A DNA stretch of 64,000 bases from Macrostomum lignano. Taxonomy: Eukaryota. The DNA is taken from assembly GCA_002269645.1 (NCBI GenBank), contig NIVC01000413.1:560836-624835 (forward strand), given 5' to 3'. Shown piece after piece: positions 11,452 to 24,778 of the stretch. Positions within the stretch are counted from its first letter, which is position 1; the number at the start of each line of letters is the position of its first letter. Under the pieces are notes generated by a model, which made no database searches, was not told where the DNA came from, and saw nothing but the letters and a program-made list of their open reading frames with translations. The position numbers and the translations under genes are program-made.

Positions 11452-12994
11452 GATCAAACTGTTTGTTGTTCTTGTTGAAAAAACACCTAAGCCTGAAGTC
11501 GACAGTTAATTGAGCTGATGCCTGTTAATAGCTAAGGAGAAGCTGAAATAAAGTTTAAAAGTGTCTTGGGATTTAAGAAAACTTGCAAAACATGTTAATT
11601 TTTTGTATCAAATAAACTATATTTCGATGAAACAGTGAAGTTTTTAAACTCTGACAATATTGTTGAGCAGCTACGATCTTCTTCTCTTTTCTAATTTTGT
11701 TGCTCAACTGTCTCGCTCAGATAGGAAAGGATCAGGGTGAAGATAGCGAGATCGACGGAGACAGACAGATAGACAGAGAAGGGGGGCGAGAGAAGGACAA
11801 GACTGTGCACATACTGTGCTCAGGCATAAACAGCCGACCACAAGGGTTTTGAAGAATTATAAGCCCACGGTCTGTTGTAGCCCGGGGCAAACAGTTCTAA
11901 AACCATTCCAAGCCTGCCTTGAATAGGGAGAGACACAGAGCAGCACACACGGATAGCCAGACCAGTGAGTTGTATTTGGCAACGCCCAGCAATAGCTAGA
12001 GTACGTGCACATGCTCAAGACAGGCCACACCATACAATAGGCGGTAGTTGTGTACAGTCACTTTTATTATATTTCTAGACCTAACCAGTGCGCTCCTTCA
12101 TCTAGTATTTTTTCTACAGTCAGCCTCTTTAATTCTTCTCTCTTCTTTAAGGACAAGTCTCATTTTAGAAACTGCACTCCCTCACTCAGGGTCTGTCTAA
12201 GAAAGAGGTTGGGAACTTTGTTGCCTCCAGGGCCAGATAGAGAATCTGGCGTATGACTGCTAAGATGAAGCGTAAGAAGAGACGAGACGAGAGGAGAGGA
12301 GAGGAGGAGAGGACAGAGGAGAAGAGGAGATTAGAAAGAAGAGAGCTGAGAAGAGAGACAAACCTTGAGCTGGCTGGATTGCTATTGTGAAGTTTCAAAG
12401 GACCCGAGGGTCGGAGTGAGCCGACCCCTATAGTATAAGCAGAAAAGCTTATTGGCGAAAGTCGTGGAATACTAAAAAAACAAATAAATAAATCTAGATT
12501 GAGAACAAAATTACTTTTTCCCTAACAGAATTCTAAGGAATTGAATTTTAAAGAAGGAGAACCAAATGTTTAGACTTATATAAATGATGAAGGATCTAAT
12601 ACAGATTGCAGTAATATTTCAACAACCCCACGGGAACCGCAGGTCTGTGCTTTTGTATGCAAGCTAACTTACACAGTGTATGTGCGAGCGGGAAAGAATT
12701 CTATTGTTAATAGGCTGTATTATTTTAATATTGCTTAGAATGTCAACGCGACGCCCGCCCTACCTCCGTCCACTCAAGCCTTTAACTAGTTCGGTAGTTT
12801 ATGACCTGTCACAAACTTCTTTTTGCAGAGGCATTGACGGCTAAGAATTACTCGGTTACTCGGTACAGATATTTGAGCCTGCAACTTTCTATACACTATA
12901 CACTGTTTCGTAATCCTAAATTACAGATACCTGTGAAAGTATGAATGGAGCTATTAGAAAACTTAATAACTGTACAACACTGAGATAATCTGGA

Positions 12995-13420
12995 CGAGAG
13001 GGTGAGAGAGATAGGGAGGGGGTGAGAAAGATAAGGAGGGGTAGATAGGGAGGGGGTGAGAAAGATAAGGAGAGGTTGAGAGAGATGAGGAGGGGGTGAG
13101 AGAGATGGGGAGGGAGTGAGGGAGATAGGGAGGGAGTGAGAGAGATGGGGAGTGAGTGAGGGAGACACGGAGGGAGTGAGAGAGATGGGGAGTGAGTGAG
13201 GGAGACACGGAGGGAGTGAGAGAGATGGGGAGTGAGGGAGATGGGGAGGGAGTGCGACAGAGAGATGGGAGAGATGGGAGGGGAGGGGTGAGATAGATAT
13301 ATAGGGGCTAAGAGGGGGGTGAGATAGATATATAGGGGCTAAAAGAGGAGTGAGATAGATATAGAGGGGCTAAGAGAGGGGTGAGATAGATATAGAGGGG
13401 CTAAGAGAGGGGTGAACAAG
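12995..13420. repeat. GA-rich degenerate repeat, including a 28-bp unit x4
   Basis: GGGAGTGAGAGAGATG and GAGATAGATATAGAGGGGCTAAGAG units. Confidence 0.8.
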
Positions 13421-14089
13421 AGGAGTTTAAAGAAATTACAAGTACTAGCTACACTTGTAGTAAAATAAAAAAGCAAAACAAAAATCGATGAAATCCAGAA
13501 GCTTCACCATATTACAATGCACAATAATTAAAATAATGACCCATACGAGGTTAAACTATAGGTATACGCAATTGAACGTTAATTACAGAAGAAATATTGA
13601 TGATTGCAAGCAAATCAAAATTAAAGAATAACACTACGACACGTCGGTTCACTGAAAATATAATGAATTAATGATATACTAAAAACTTTGTACACCGGCA
13701 AAAAAACTTTGAGCACTTGCTCTTTCAATTGAAATAATCCCTCACACTGACTGTACTTACTGGGGTTATTAGTAAAATTGCCAATAGCCACTTCTAATAG
13801 ATGCTAATACTAAAATACTAATAGAATTTAATATAGCGAGCCTGGGACAGTTTACTAAAGCTAGCATACTACCTGAATCGATATTAATAACTAATAGTTA
13901 ATTATCGATATTTATGAACAAAAAACCGATTATTAACAACCATATAGTTAATAAAATTAACGAGATTGGTCCATTCTCTATTCTCCACCAGTGTCGATAC
14001 GCGTGGCTACTCTTAGGACAGTAGTACAATTAGTTTTCGCAAAGATAAATTCTTAACATCGTGTAAAAGTTAGAAGAAAAGCAACTAGA

Positions 14090-14297
14090 GTGGTCTTGCG
14101 CGGCGCTCTCATGTGCCAGCGGCCCAGGCTCGATTCCAAGTGCAGTCACATTAATGTGTTGGGGCTAAATTGGAATCTCGACTTCGCTCTGCTCGTGCAA
14201 TTAACGCCTTTAAGAGGGCCAACTCCCCGGGACACAGTGAAGTGTACACGCCTAACGATAAATAAAGTTTAAAATTAGGGCCGCTGTACACTCCTCC
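14090..14297 (+). mobile_element. tRNA-derived SINE, same family, slightly 5'-truncated
   Basis: GGCTCGATTCCAAGTGCAGTCACATTAAT...GCTCTGCTCGTGCAATTAAC...AGTGAAGTGTACACGCCTAACGATAAATAAAG matches 819-975. Confidence 0.8.
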
Positions 14298-14351
14298 TTG
14301 AGTAAGTCTAGGCTGTTTTTTTTTTAATTGGTCAGGCCAAGAAATAAAAAC

Positions 14352-14395
14352 TTTATTTGTCCAGGCCATTAAATAGTTTTTAATGGCGTTTTATT
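14352..14395 (-). terminator. Candidate polyadenylation signals of ETFDH
   Basis: Two AATAAA on the minus strand (14357-14352, 14395-14390), 360-400 nt after the stop. Confidence 0.4.
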
Positions 14396-14751
14396 GCAAG
14401 TCAGATAGACCAGAGCTGATTGGCTGCAGGGAGAGAGGGGGACACAATGTACATTGGCCAGTCCACACAGCGTACAGATCTAGCTGCGCCATGCCTAAAA
14501 TCAAATATAATAACAGCCCCTCAGTCCTCATTAGCTCGTTTCTTAGCTATTGAATTTAAATACGATTAAATTGTATGTAAAATTGTTGGCAAAGTTTGAT
14601 TCACTTATTTCGCCAATTTTGTGCTACTTACATCTGGTACTAAGAGTAGTACACGAGTAAATTAGTACACGAGTAAATTAGTGAAATGACCCATCTATGC
14701 GTATATCGTCAGTGATTAGCGTTAATCAATCTGTCAATCACTTCGCAACAA

Positions 14752-17700
14752 TCACATTCCGTTATAAGCCGGTCCTTCTCCACCCTGCGGCGTAACCCAG
14801 TTAATATTCTGAGTCGGATCTTTAATATCGCATGTCTTGCAGTGGATGCAATTCTGCGCGTTGATTTGCAATCGCTTGGAACCGTCGTCTAATTCGACGT
14901 ATTCGTAAACGCCAGCTGGGCAGAACCGTTGCTCGGGGCCGTCGTAGACTGACAGGTTAACTTGGCCAGGTACGGAATCGTCATACAAAGTGAGATGAGG
15001 CGGCTGGTCATGATCGTGATTTGTACTCGTGAGAGCTACGCTACTCAACAAGTCAAACGATAGGACATTGTCCGGCTTTGGATAATCTTTCGGCTTGCAA
15101 TCTTTGGCTGGCAATAGTTTCTCATGATCGGTACCGCCGTGCGAGAAGGTCCAGGGTTCGCGTCCCCGAGTAAAATACCAAACAGCGCCAGTGTAGGCCA
15201 TACCGCCAAACATGCCGAGGCGACCATTTAGCAGGTGAAAACTTGGTCGAATGTTTCTGACGCTGTGCAACTCTTTGTACACCCAAGAGTTGCGCAACGC
15301 TTCCTCGTAGGTCGCGGGTTCGATTTCGCCGGAACCGATTGCTTCGTGAACAGCTTCAGCCGCTAGGGAACCGGACTTCATAGCGTTGTGGGTGCCTTTT
15401 ACCTATAGTGCGGTTTTGGTATGGACAGTGAAAAGTCAATTAGATCAATTAGCTTCGATATTCAGCTATAATAAGATCTTTATTATTAGATATTTAAGGG
15501 ATACTCAGCATCAAGATGAGAGGATAATCAGCATCAAGATGAAGGGATATTCAGCTTGAAGATTGAGAGGATATTCAGCATCAAGATGAAGGGATATTCA
15601 GCTTGAAGATTGAGAGGATATTCAGCATCAAGATGAGGGAATATTCAGCATCAAAGTGAGAAGATATTCAGCTTGAATATGAGGGATATTCAGCTTGAAT
15701 ATGAGGGTACATTCAGCATCAAGATGAGGGGATATTCAGCATCAAGGTGAGGGGATATTCAGCATCAAGATGAGGGGATATTCAGCATCAAGATGAATGG
15801 ATATTCAGCATCAAGATGAGGGGATATTCAGCTTGAATATGAGGGTACATTCAGCATCAAGATGAGGGGATATTCAGCATCAAAGTGAGAAGATATTCAG
15901 CTTGAATATGAGGGATATTCAGCATCAAGATGAGGGGATAATCAGCTGCAAGATGAGGGAATATTCAGCATCAAGATGAAGGGATATTCAGCATCAAGAT
16001 GAAGGGATATTCAGCATCAAGATGAAGGGATATTCAGCATCAAGATGAATGGATATTCAGCATCAAGATGAGGGGATATTCAGCTTGAATATGAGGGTAC
16101 ATTCAGCATCAAGATGAGGGGATATTCAGCATCAAAGTGAGAAGATATTCAGCTTGAATATGAGGGATATTCAGCATCAAGATGAGGGGATATTCAGCAT
16201 CAAGATGAGGGGATATTCAGCATCAAGATGAAGGGATATTCAGCATCAAGATGAGGGGATAATCAGCATCAAGATGAGGGGATATTCAGCATCAAGATGA
16301 GGGGATATTCAGCTTGAATATGAGGGTACATTCAGCATCAAGATGAGGGGATATTCAGCATCAAGGTGAGGGGATATTCAGCATCAAGGTGAGGGGATAT
16401 TCAGCATCAAGGTGAGGGGATATTCAGCATCAAGGTGAGGGGATATTCAGCATCAAGGTGAGGGGATATTCAGCATCAAGGTGAGGGGATATTCAGCATC
16501 AAGATGAGGGGATATTTAGCATCAAGGTGAGGGGATATTCAGCATCAAGGTGAGGGGATATTCAGCATCAAGGTGAGGGGATATTTAGCATCAAGGTGAG
16601 GGGATATTCAGCATCAAGGTGAGGGGATATTCAGCATCAAGGTGAGGGGATATTCAGCATCAAGGTGAGGGGATATTCAGCATCAAGATGAGGGGATATT
16701 CAGCATCAAGGTGAGGGGATATTCAGCATCAAGATGAGGGAATATTCAGCATCAAGGTGAGTGGATATTCTGCAAAGACTCAGCAGCTCACCTTCGGCAC
16801 ATTGATCATGCCGGCGGTGCAGCCGACTAGACACCCGCCAGGAAAGGTCAGCTTAGGCAGGCTCTGCACTCCGCCTTCGTTAAGCGCCCTGGCGCCGTAG
16901 CCAATCCGCTTGCCGCCAGTGAGCGCGGCGGCCACGTGCGGATGATGCTTGAACTGTTGGAACTCGCGGAACGGACTCAAGTAGGGATTAGAGTAGTCTA
17001 AGCCGACAACAAAACCCACGGCTGCCAATGGCGAGCCTTCGTTCAGATGGTAGATAAAATATCCACCGTATGTGCCGGAGTCCAGCGGCCAACCGACTCC
17101 GTGTTCAACATATCCGGGACGCCAGCGATCTTCGGACAATTCCCATAGCTCTTTGAAGCCGATACCGTAGGTCTGGGGTTCGCGTCCAGCTCTTAGATCG
17201 TACCGGTTAATCAGATGCTTGGCCAAGTGGCCGTGCGTGCCCTCGGCAATGATGAGCTGTTTGCAGTGGAACTCCATGCCCCGTTCGAAGCTATCCTTAG
17301 GCGAGCCGTCTTTAGCTATGCCAACATCGTTAGTTGCTACGCCTTTGACAGCGGAACCGTCCTCTGTGTACAGAACTTCGGCCGCGGCAACGCCCGGATA
17401 GACTTCAACGCCAAGGCTTTCGGCCTGTTCGCCTAGCCAAGCAACCACATTGCCCAGTCTGACAATATAGTTGCCATGGTTGTGCATGGGCATGCCGGGC
17501 AGCAGGGGCAGCGGTATGGCGCGCTTCTCTGTTAGCATGTAGAATTTGTCACCAGTGACCGGCGTGTGCAGCGGGGCGCCGCGTTCCTGGTGGATATTGG
17601 TAATTAGTAATTAGAAAAACATCATGGTTTACACCTGTTTTAGACTTTATAGTACCATCTATTATTGTCATACTGTTTGTTAGGCGATTATGCAACAGTT

Positions 17701-17835
17701 TTACTCGGGAATTATAATACCCCTAGGGTATTTTATGTTTACGTTACTCCAATAAACGGTGTCACTCAAGGACACAATGCGAATCAGGGACTCAATGTCA
17801 ATCAGGATTCAATGACACTCAAGGAAAAAACTAAC

Positions 17836-17884
<49 letters not shown>

Positions 17885-17991
17885 GACTAACTAACTAACT
17901 AACTAGCTAACTAACTGACTAACTAACTAACTAACAGACTAAGTAACTAACTAACAGACTAACTAACTAACTAACTAACAGACTAATAGAT

Positions 17992-18059
<68 letters not shown>

Positions 18060-18440
18060 ACACTAACTAACTAACTAACACACTAACTAACTAACTAACA
18101 CACTAACTAACACACTAACTAACGAACTAACTAACTAACACACTAACTAACTAACACACTAACTAACTCACTAACTAACACACTAACTAACTAACTAACA
18201 CACTAACTAACACACTAACTAACACACTAACTAACTAACGAACTAACTAACTAACACACTAACTAACTAACACACTAACTAACTCACTAACTAACACACT
18301 AACTAACTAACTAACTAACTAACGAACTAACTAACTAACACACTAACTAACTAACACACTAACTAACTCACTAACTAACACACTAACTAACTAACTAACA
18401 CACTAACTAACACACTAACTAACACACTAACTAACTAACG

Positions 18441-18471
<31 letters not shown>

Positions 18472-18473
18472 AC

Positions 18474-18507
<34 letters not shown>

Positions 18508-19163
18508 ACACTAACTAACACACTAACTAACACACTAACTAACTAACTAACGAACTAACTAACGAACTAACTAACATACTAACTAACTAACTAACTAACA
18601 CACTAACTAACACACTAACTAACTAACGAACTAACTAACATACTAACTAACACACTAACTAACTAACTAACTAACACACTAACTAAATAACTAATGAACC
18701 GAATTAACAGTATTACTAGCCAGCTTAGAAAAATTTATAATCTAAAAACGAGCAAAAGCAGTACCTGCCAGTCCGGAAACAGCTCAACGAGACCCTTTGG
18801 ATCCAGGCACGCCCCAGACATAATATGCGCTCCCACTGACGAGGCCTTCTCCAGCACCACAATACGCATTTCAGTGCCCTTCTCGGCGTTCAACTGGGCC
18901 AACCGACAGGCGGCCGAGAGACCGGCGGGCCCGCCGCCAACAATAACAACGTCGGCTTCGTCAACTGCGCGAGTCATGTCGATGTCTTTCCAGCGCGGAT
19001 CTTTGGCGCGATCGTTCCTAGTTGGATGGGTGGTGATTTTTGGCGACAGAGGCTTCTGCTGCTGCCGCTCCCCGGCCGCGGTTGTGCAGTAGCCGTAGCG
19101 CGTGACCAGCCTGGGCAGCTTAGCTGCTGCAGCAACCAAAGCAGCTCTGCTACTTGAGAGCAT
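14752..19163 (-). CDS. ETFDH: Electron transfer flavoprotein-ubiquinone oxidoreductase, mitochondrial; join(19163-18765,17586-16792,15402-14752), 614 aa
   Basis: Transit-peptide-like N-terminus; FAD motif [15 protein letters not shown]; [12 protein letters not shown]; [11 protein letters not shown]; NVPK|[11 protein letters not shown]; C-terminal 4Fe-4S motif FCPAGVYE...[13 protein letters not shown]. Both introns are phase 0 GT-AG. Confidence 0.97.
15495..16770. repeat. 23-bp intronic minisatellite GGTGAGGGGATATTCAGCATCAA, about 55 copies
   Basis: Direct inspection; fills ETFDH intron 2. Confidence 0.95.
17827..18693. repeat. (CTAA)n microsatellite with ACAC/CG variants
   Basis: Direct inspection; ETFDH intron 1. 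Confidence 0.97.
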
Positions 19164-19419
19164 TGTTTGCTTACTGTCTGCGGAAATTAATTTTTTGTTG
19201 AATAAATAAACTCCGAATTTGTAACATGAAAATGGTAGGAGTAACTATTTAACAGAAATTTCAGTTTAATTTCGACTCAGCAGCAGGTAGATAAAAGCAG
19301 CGTTTAATCAACATTTTTATCGTAACTGACCTTTAGCCCCAGTAAGCCCAACTATGCTGGGCTTAGAAAGGTGTGGATAGGGCTTTTGGGAAAGATAGTT
19401 CATAGGGTAGCGTAGGGAC

Positions 19420-20135
19420 TATTATTCTTTAGGGTAGGCTAGGGACTATTATTCTTTAGGGTAGGCTAGAGACTATTATTCTTTAGGGTAGGGTAGCGAC
19501 TTCTTTTTTAGGGTAGGGGAGGGACTGTCGTTTAGGGTAGGGAAGGGACTTTTGTTAGAGTAGGGTAGGGACTATTCTTCTTTAGGGTAGGGTAGCGACT
19601 TCTTTTTTAGGGTAGGGGAGGGACTGTCGTTTAGGGTAGGGAAGGGACTTTTGTTAGAGTAGGGTAGGGACTATTCTTCTTTAGGGTAGGGTAGCGACTT
19701 CTTTTTTAGGGTAGGGGAGGGACTGTCGTTTAGGGTAGGGAAGGGACTTTTGTTAGAGTAGGGTAGGGACTATTCTTCTTTAGGGTAGGGTAGCGACTTC
19801 TTTTTTAGGGTAGGGGAGGGACTGTCGTTTAGGGTAGGGAAGGGACTTTTGTTAGAGTAGGGTAGGGACTATTCTTCTTTAGGGTAGGGTAGGGACTGTT
19901 GTTTAGGGTAGGGTAGGGACTATTCTTCTTTACGGTAGGGTAGGGACTGTTGTTTAGGGTAGGGTAGGGTAGGGACTATTCTTCTTTAGAGTAGGGTAGG
20001 GACTATTCTTCTTTCGGGTAGGGTAGGGACTATTATTTAGAGTAGGGTAGGGACTGTTGTTTAGGGTAGGGTAGGGTAGGGACTATTCTTCTTTAGAGTA
20101 GGGTAGGGACTGTTGTTTAGGGTAGGGACGCGACT
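19420..20135. repeat. G-rich TTTAGGGTAGGGACT repeat with a 99-bp higher-order unit
   Basis: TTCTTTTTTAGGG recurs at 19501, 19600, 19699, 19798. Confidence 0.92.
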
Positions 20136-20679
20136 CTTTAGGGAACATCTGCAACCATCTGGTCTGATAACTAAAAAAGCCTTAAGTGCACAGTAAATGA
20201 AATCCAAAAAAATCACAAGAAACGGTAAAATATAATCAGCAGGACAATCTCAACACCGTAATTATTGCGACATTCACATTTTATTGTGATATAGAATTAT
20301 TATCTATTGAACAGAGAAAGAAACCAGCACGTGACCAAATTGCTAAATATTTCCTGCTAATATAAAATAGTTTTACGAGAACTAGCGGAAAATCATCACA
20401 AACTTTAGTAAACAAATTATCCAATTTTTAAAGTAAAACATTTAATGACATAAACACATACAGATTGCTTCGAGTATTCGATTTTTTTAAATATTTTAGT
20501 ACACCAATAGAAAAATTTTCGGGTATAAAAATATTCAATAAAAGTATAATTGTTTATAAATCGCGTTTGACACAAAAAGAATTCATTGTTTTGATTTATC
20601 TACTGGCAACCGCATGACTTAAGCATTGGTGTGCAAAGCTTTGTAACCGACAAAAATCATTTATAAATAGCAACGATAG

Positions 20680-20962
20680 AAAAGTACATTTTGAGCTGCA
20701 TAGCAACAGCAGAAAAGTACACTCTTAGTTGAACAGCAACAGTAGAAAAGTACACTCTTAGCTGCATAGCAACAGTAGAAAAGTACACTCTTAGCTGCAT
20801 TGCAACAGTAGAAAAGAAATTTTTCTGAGCTGCATAGCAACAACATAAAAGTACATTTCTAAGCTGCATAGCCACCGCAGAAAGTACATTCTGAGCTACT
20901 TTGCAACGGCATGAAAGTATATTTCTTAACAGCATAGCCCAACAACAGAAAAGTACATTTAG
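20680..20962. repeat. 33-bp minisatellite GCATAGCAACAGTAGAAAAGTACACTCTTAGCT, about 8 degenerate copies
   Basis: Direct inspection; 11-aa periodic ORF. Confidence 0.85.
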
Positions 20963-21674
20963 AGAATCGAAGTAACAATTTTATTGATTAGTAATCAATC
21001 ACAAGATACAAGATAATCATAAGCCGATTGTTTAGAGAGTTCGTAAAAATTGAAGCAGCAGTTTAGACTAGGCGAAATGACAGGACAAAATATTATTGTT
21101 AGCTACAGGACCAAAAGCACAACTAAATCGACAGACTATGCTGAAGTAAATTACTCGTATGTGAATACTTATTTAGTATTGCACCAGAAAAAAAGTAAAT
21201 ATATTGTGTTGCCAAATGACAAAATCAGGACAAACTGCATGCATGCAGGCAAACAGTTGTGTAAATATAATAAATTAGAAAAATATTTATTCCGATAAAA
21301 TGAAAAACATCTTGCAAAATGAACACAACACAACAGTTTTCACAACACCTGTGCATGATCAGTATAAATTGTTTTTGAAATTAACAATTTTAAGTAAGGA
21401 AAGCTATTTGTTTGTCTATCAATTCAATGTGACCAGCTAAATGAAATGAAAACGGGACCTTAGCCAATAAACGTTCATCCAGAGTGGTTCCAGGTAACAC
21501 AGGTAAAATAGGAAAGAAGCGACTCAAGACGGCTCTAAAACGACAAGATTTCGGGGTACAAAGTCGCCAAAAAGTGGTCAAAGAGATGCCTAAAAGTGAA
21601 TTTGAGGCGTTTTATTGTCTGCCGCTTTAAAACGACTCTGGGGTCGTAGAGTCGTATCTGGGGTGTTAAGATCA

Positions 21675-22125
21675 CAGATACTGGACTAACTAGATTGGCC
21701 ACTCAGCACATTTGCGTGTAAGCTACTTTCAGTTCAGTAGTAAGTTAAACAGAAGCATTTTAATATATTTTTAAAGCCAAGGCTCATTTATTGGCTCCCC
21801 CCAGCTGAAACCCTCCAACCGCGACTTTCCACTTAACCCCCCGCCCCGCCCCAATTTTTATTGCCTTTCTCGGAATTCCAGTCTAAAGCTGCCATGTACA
21901 TTTCAGTGGACTGGACTGGCCAATGTACATTATTGCTGAACCAATAGCAAGTTGTTTACGCGCCTGCAAGCTTGGGCTTCTAAACTTATCAAAGTCATTT
22001 CAGCTGCCTTAATTTTATGAAATAGCTTATGTATTCTTCTTTGCTACTGAACTGAAAGTAGAAAGCTGTTTTACTAAGTATATATATGCCTGAGTGACCC
22101 ATCTAGTTATTTTAGTATCTATGGC
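21675..22125. mobile_element. Foldback/MITE-like inverted repeat
   Basis: CTACTTTCAGTTCAGTAG (21723-21740) is the exact reverse complement of 22044-22061. Further collinear matches (TAACTAGAT..CACTCAG, CAGATAC) give arms of about 110 bp around a spacer of about 220 bp. Confidence 0.6.
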
Positions 22126-22599
22126 TAAGAGTCGCTGTAGTCTGTAGACTCACCGACTTGCGTCTAAAGAGCATCTGCTTTACTGAATTAGAATCGCCTT
22201 TCCTATTTTATAACAACTCTATTTAGTCTACTTGAGTTAGTAGGAAGTTAAGCGCTAGCAACACTCTTAGACGACTTTTTCCCACGACTCTTTTACAATT
22301 TTGCAAGTCAAAGAAAGCCTCTCCATCGCATTACAGTCGCTTGAGTTGTTACAAAACACAAGAGTCGCTAGAGTGACTCTTTAGCTATTCATAACACTGT
22401 AAATGGTCATTAAAGTACACTATAGACAAATTGACAATTCATTAGCAGTGCAATGATATAGGCAACTATGCAAAAAATCAATATTATATAAGAGCATTAA
22501 TAACCATAAAGAGCATAAGTAACGGAACATAAAACGCAGTAGACAACTTATTGGCAACAAATGAACCATCAAAAGTAGGAAAACGCAATTAAAACTGAA

Positions 22600-22800
22600 A
22601 ATTTGATAATATATAGAAAACTATTGAAGATATAAAAAAACGAATCCAAAAAGTGCAGAGGGCTACAGTGTTATACGCAGGACTGTGTGTAAAGCGCATT
22701 AAGTATTACAACTTTACCAAGTATGACTATACTAGAGAAAAAAGCAAATCAGCTGCTGAAAAAAATTGTAATTGTAAAAAGTTCTATTGAAACTACTCAT
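22600..22800 (+). mobile_element. Possible highly decayed LINE fragment
   Basis: Broken frames give IQKVQRAT... and ALSITTLPSMTILEKKANQLLKKI, reminiscent of post-RT L2/CR1 motifs; weak. Confidence 0.25.
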
Positions 22801-23584
22801 TAAAGATTGAGGAAATAGCAATAGAAAAATATGAATAAATTCGTTTTTATATAGTGTCCGTAATATATAAAGGTAGAAAAGAGCTTGTATACATGTATAG
22901 AATGGATTGCTAGTTTGGCGTCGGTATGTGATTATAAGTTAAGAAATATAAAATCTATGAATATCATCAGTTAACATTATATTAATGCTAGATTTGTTTA
23001 CTACGCCAGACTAGCAATCCAGAAATCACATGTACAAGTATAAATAATATCAACGCATTCAATATAAAAAAATTAATTCGCAGATTCTATTACTACTATA
23101 AGTAAAACTGAAAACTTCGTTTATAGAAAATAAAAAGATTTTGTCAACCACGCAAATAACATAAAAATTTTTTCGAAGAAACGATTTCTTCAAAACTTCT
23201 ACTAATAGTAGTTCTCGGTTTCAGATTCAGGCTTGTAAATATTATCGATCTAAATGAACAGGAATTTTAAAAAGCAGGTTAAAAACCACGAGGTCTATTT
23301 GAAAGTGTGCCATTTAAATATGCATAGATAGATCAAAGAGATTACAGACAAGCCTCCTGATTCCTATATCTATGAAATTATTAAATACACAGTGAAAAGT
23401 GAATTAAAGGTAAATATAGTGAATCGAATGAAACACAAATAACTGGCTGATTCCTGTGACCAAAAAGCTGCTACACTAATGAACTCTATCCGTCTATGCT
23501 TCTATGCTAAATATGAGATACACATTAGTCAGCCAGAACAGTATTCTTGCTGCACACGAACTTCAACACGACCGACACTCTTGT

Positions 23585-23696
23585 GCTACAGACACTGTCC
23601 CTGGGTTCGAATCCGTACGCTAGGCAAAACAAGAACTAATCCTTGTGTATGCGTGCTCAGGGGTCACGGATTGGGCATGACTGCTGGCTGAGGGTC

Positions 23697-23700
<4 letters not shown>
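23585..23700 (+). mobile_element. Degenerate SINE-like fragment ending in the (CTAA)n array
   Basis: Perfect B box GGTTCGAATCC (23604-23614); CTTGTGT..TGCTCAGGGG module shared with 1011-1030. Confidence 0.5.
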
Positions 23701-24620
<920 letters not shown>

Positions 24621-24778
24621 AAAAAATAAAAATAACTAAAGAACTGGCTAAGTATCTAAAAAACAAAGGAAAATCCTGTCCTGCCTAACTGACTAGTTTT
24701 ACATTGTACTTTTCCTTGTTTAAAGAATTCCGTGTGCAGCAACAGAAAATTTGCACACAAAAAACACAAACAGAAGCC

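Noticed and set aside
17745-17830. CAAGGACACAA motif suggesting an old CORE-like SINE on the minus strand
   Set aside because: Too short and degenerate to support without alignment.
19420-20135. True telomere or chromosome end
   Set aside because: TTAGGG is interspersed in a longer unit, not a pure tandem run, and genes continue on both sides.
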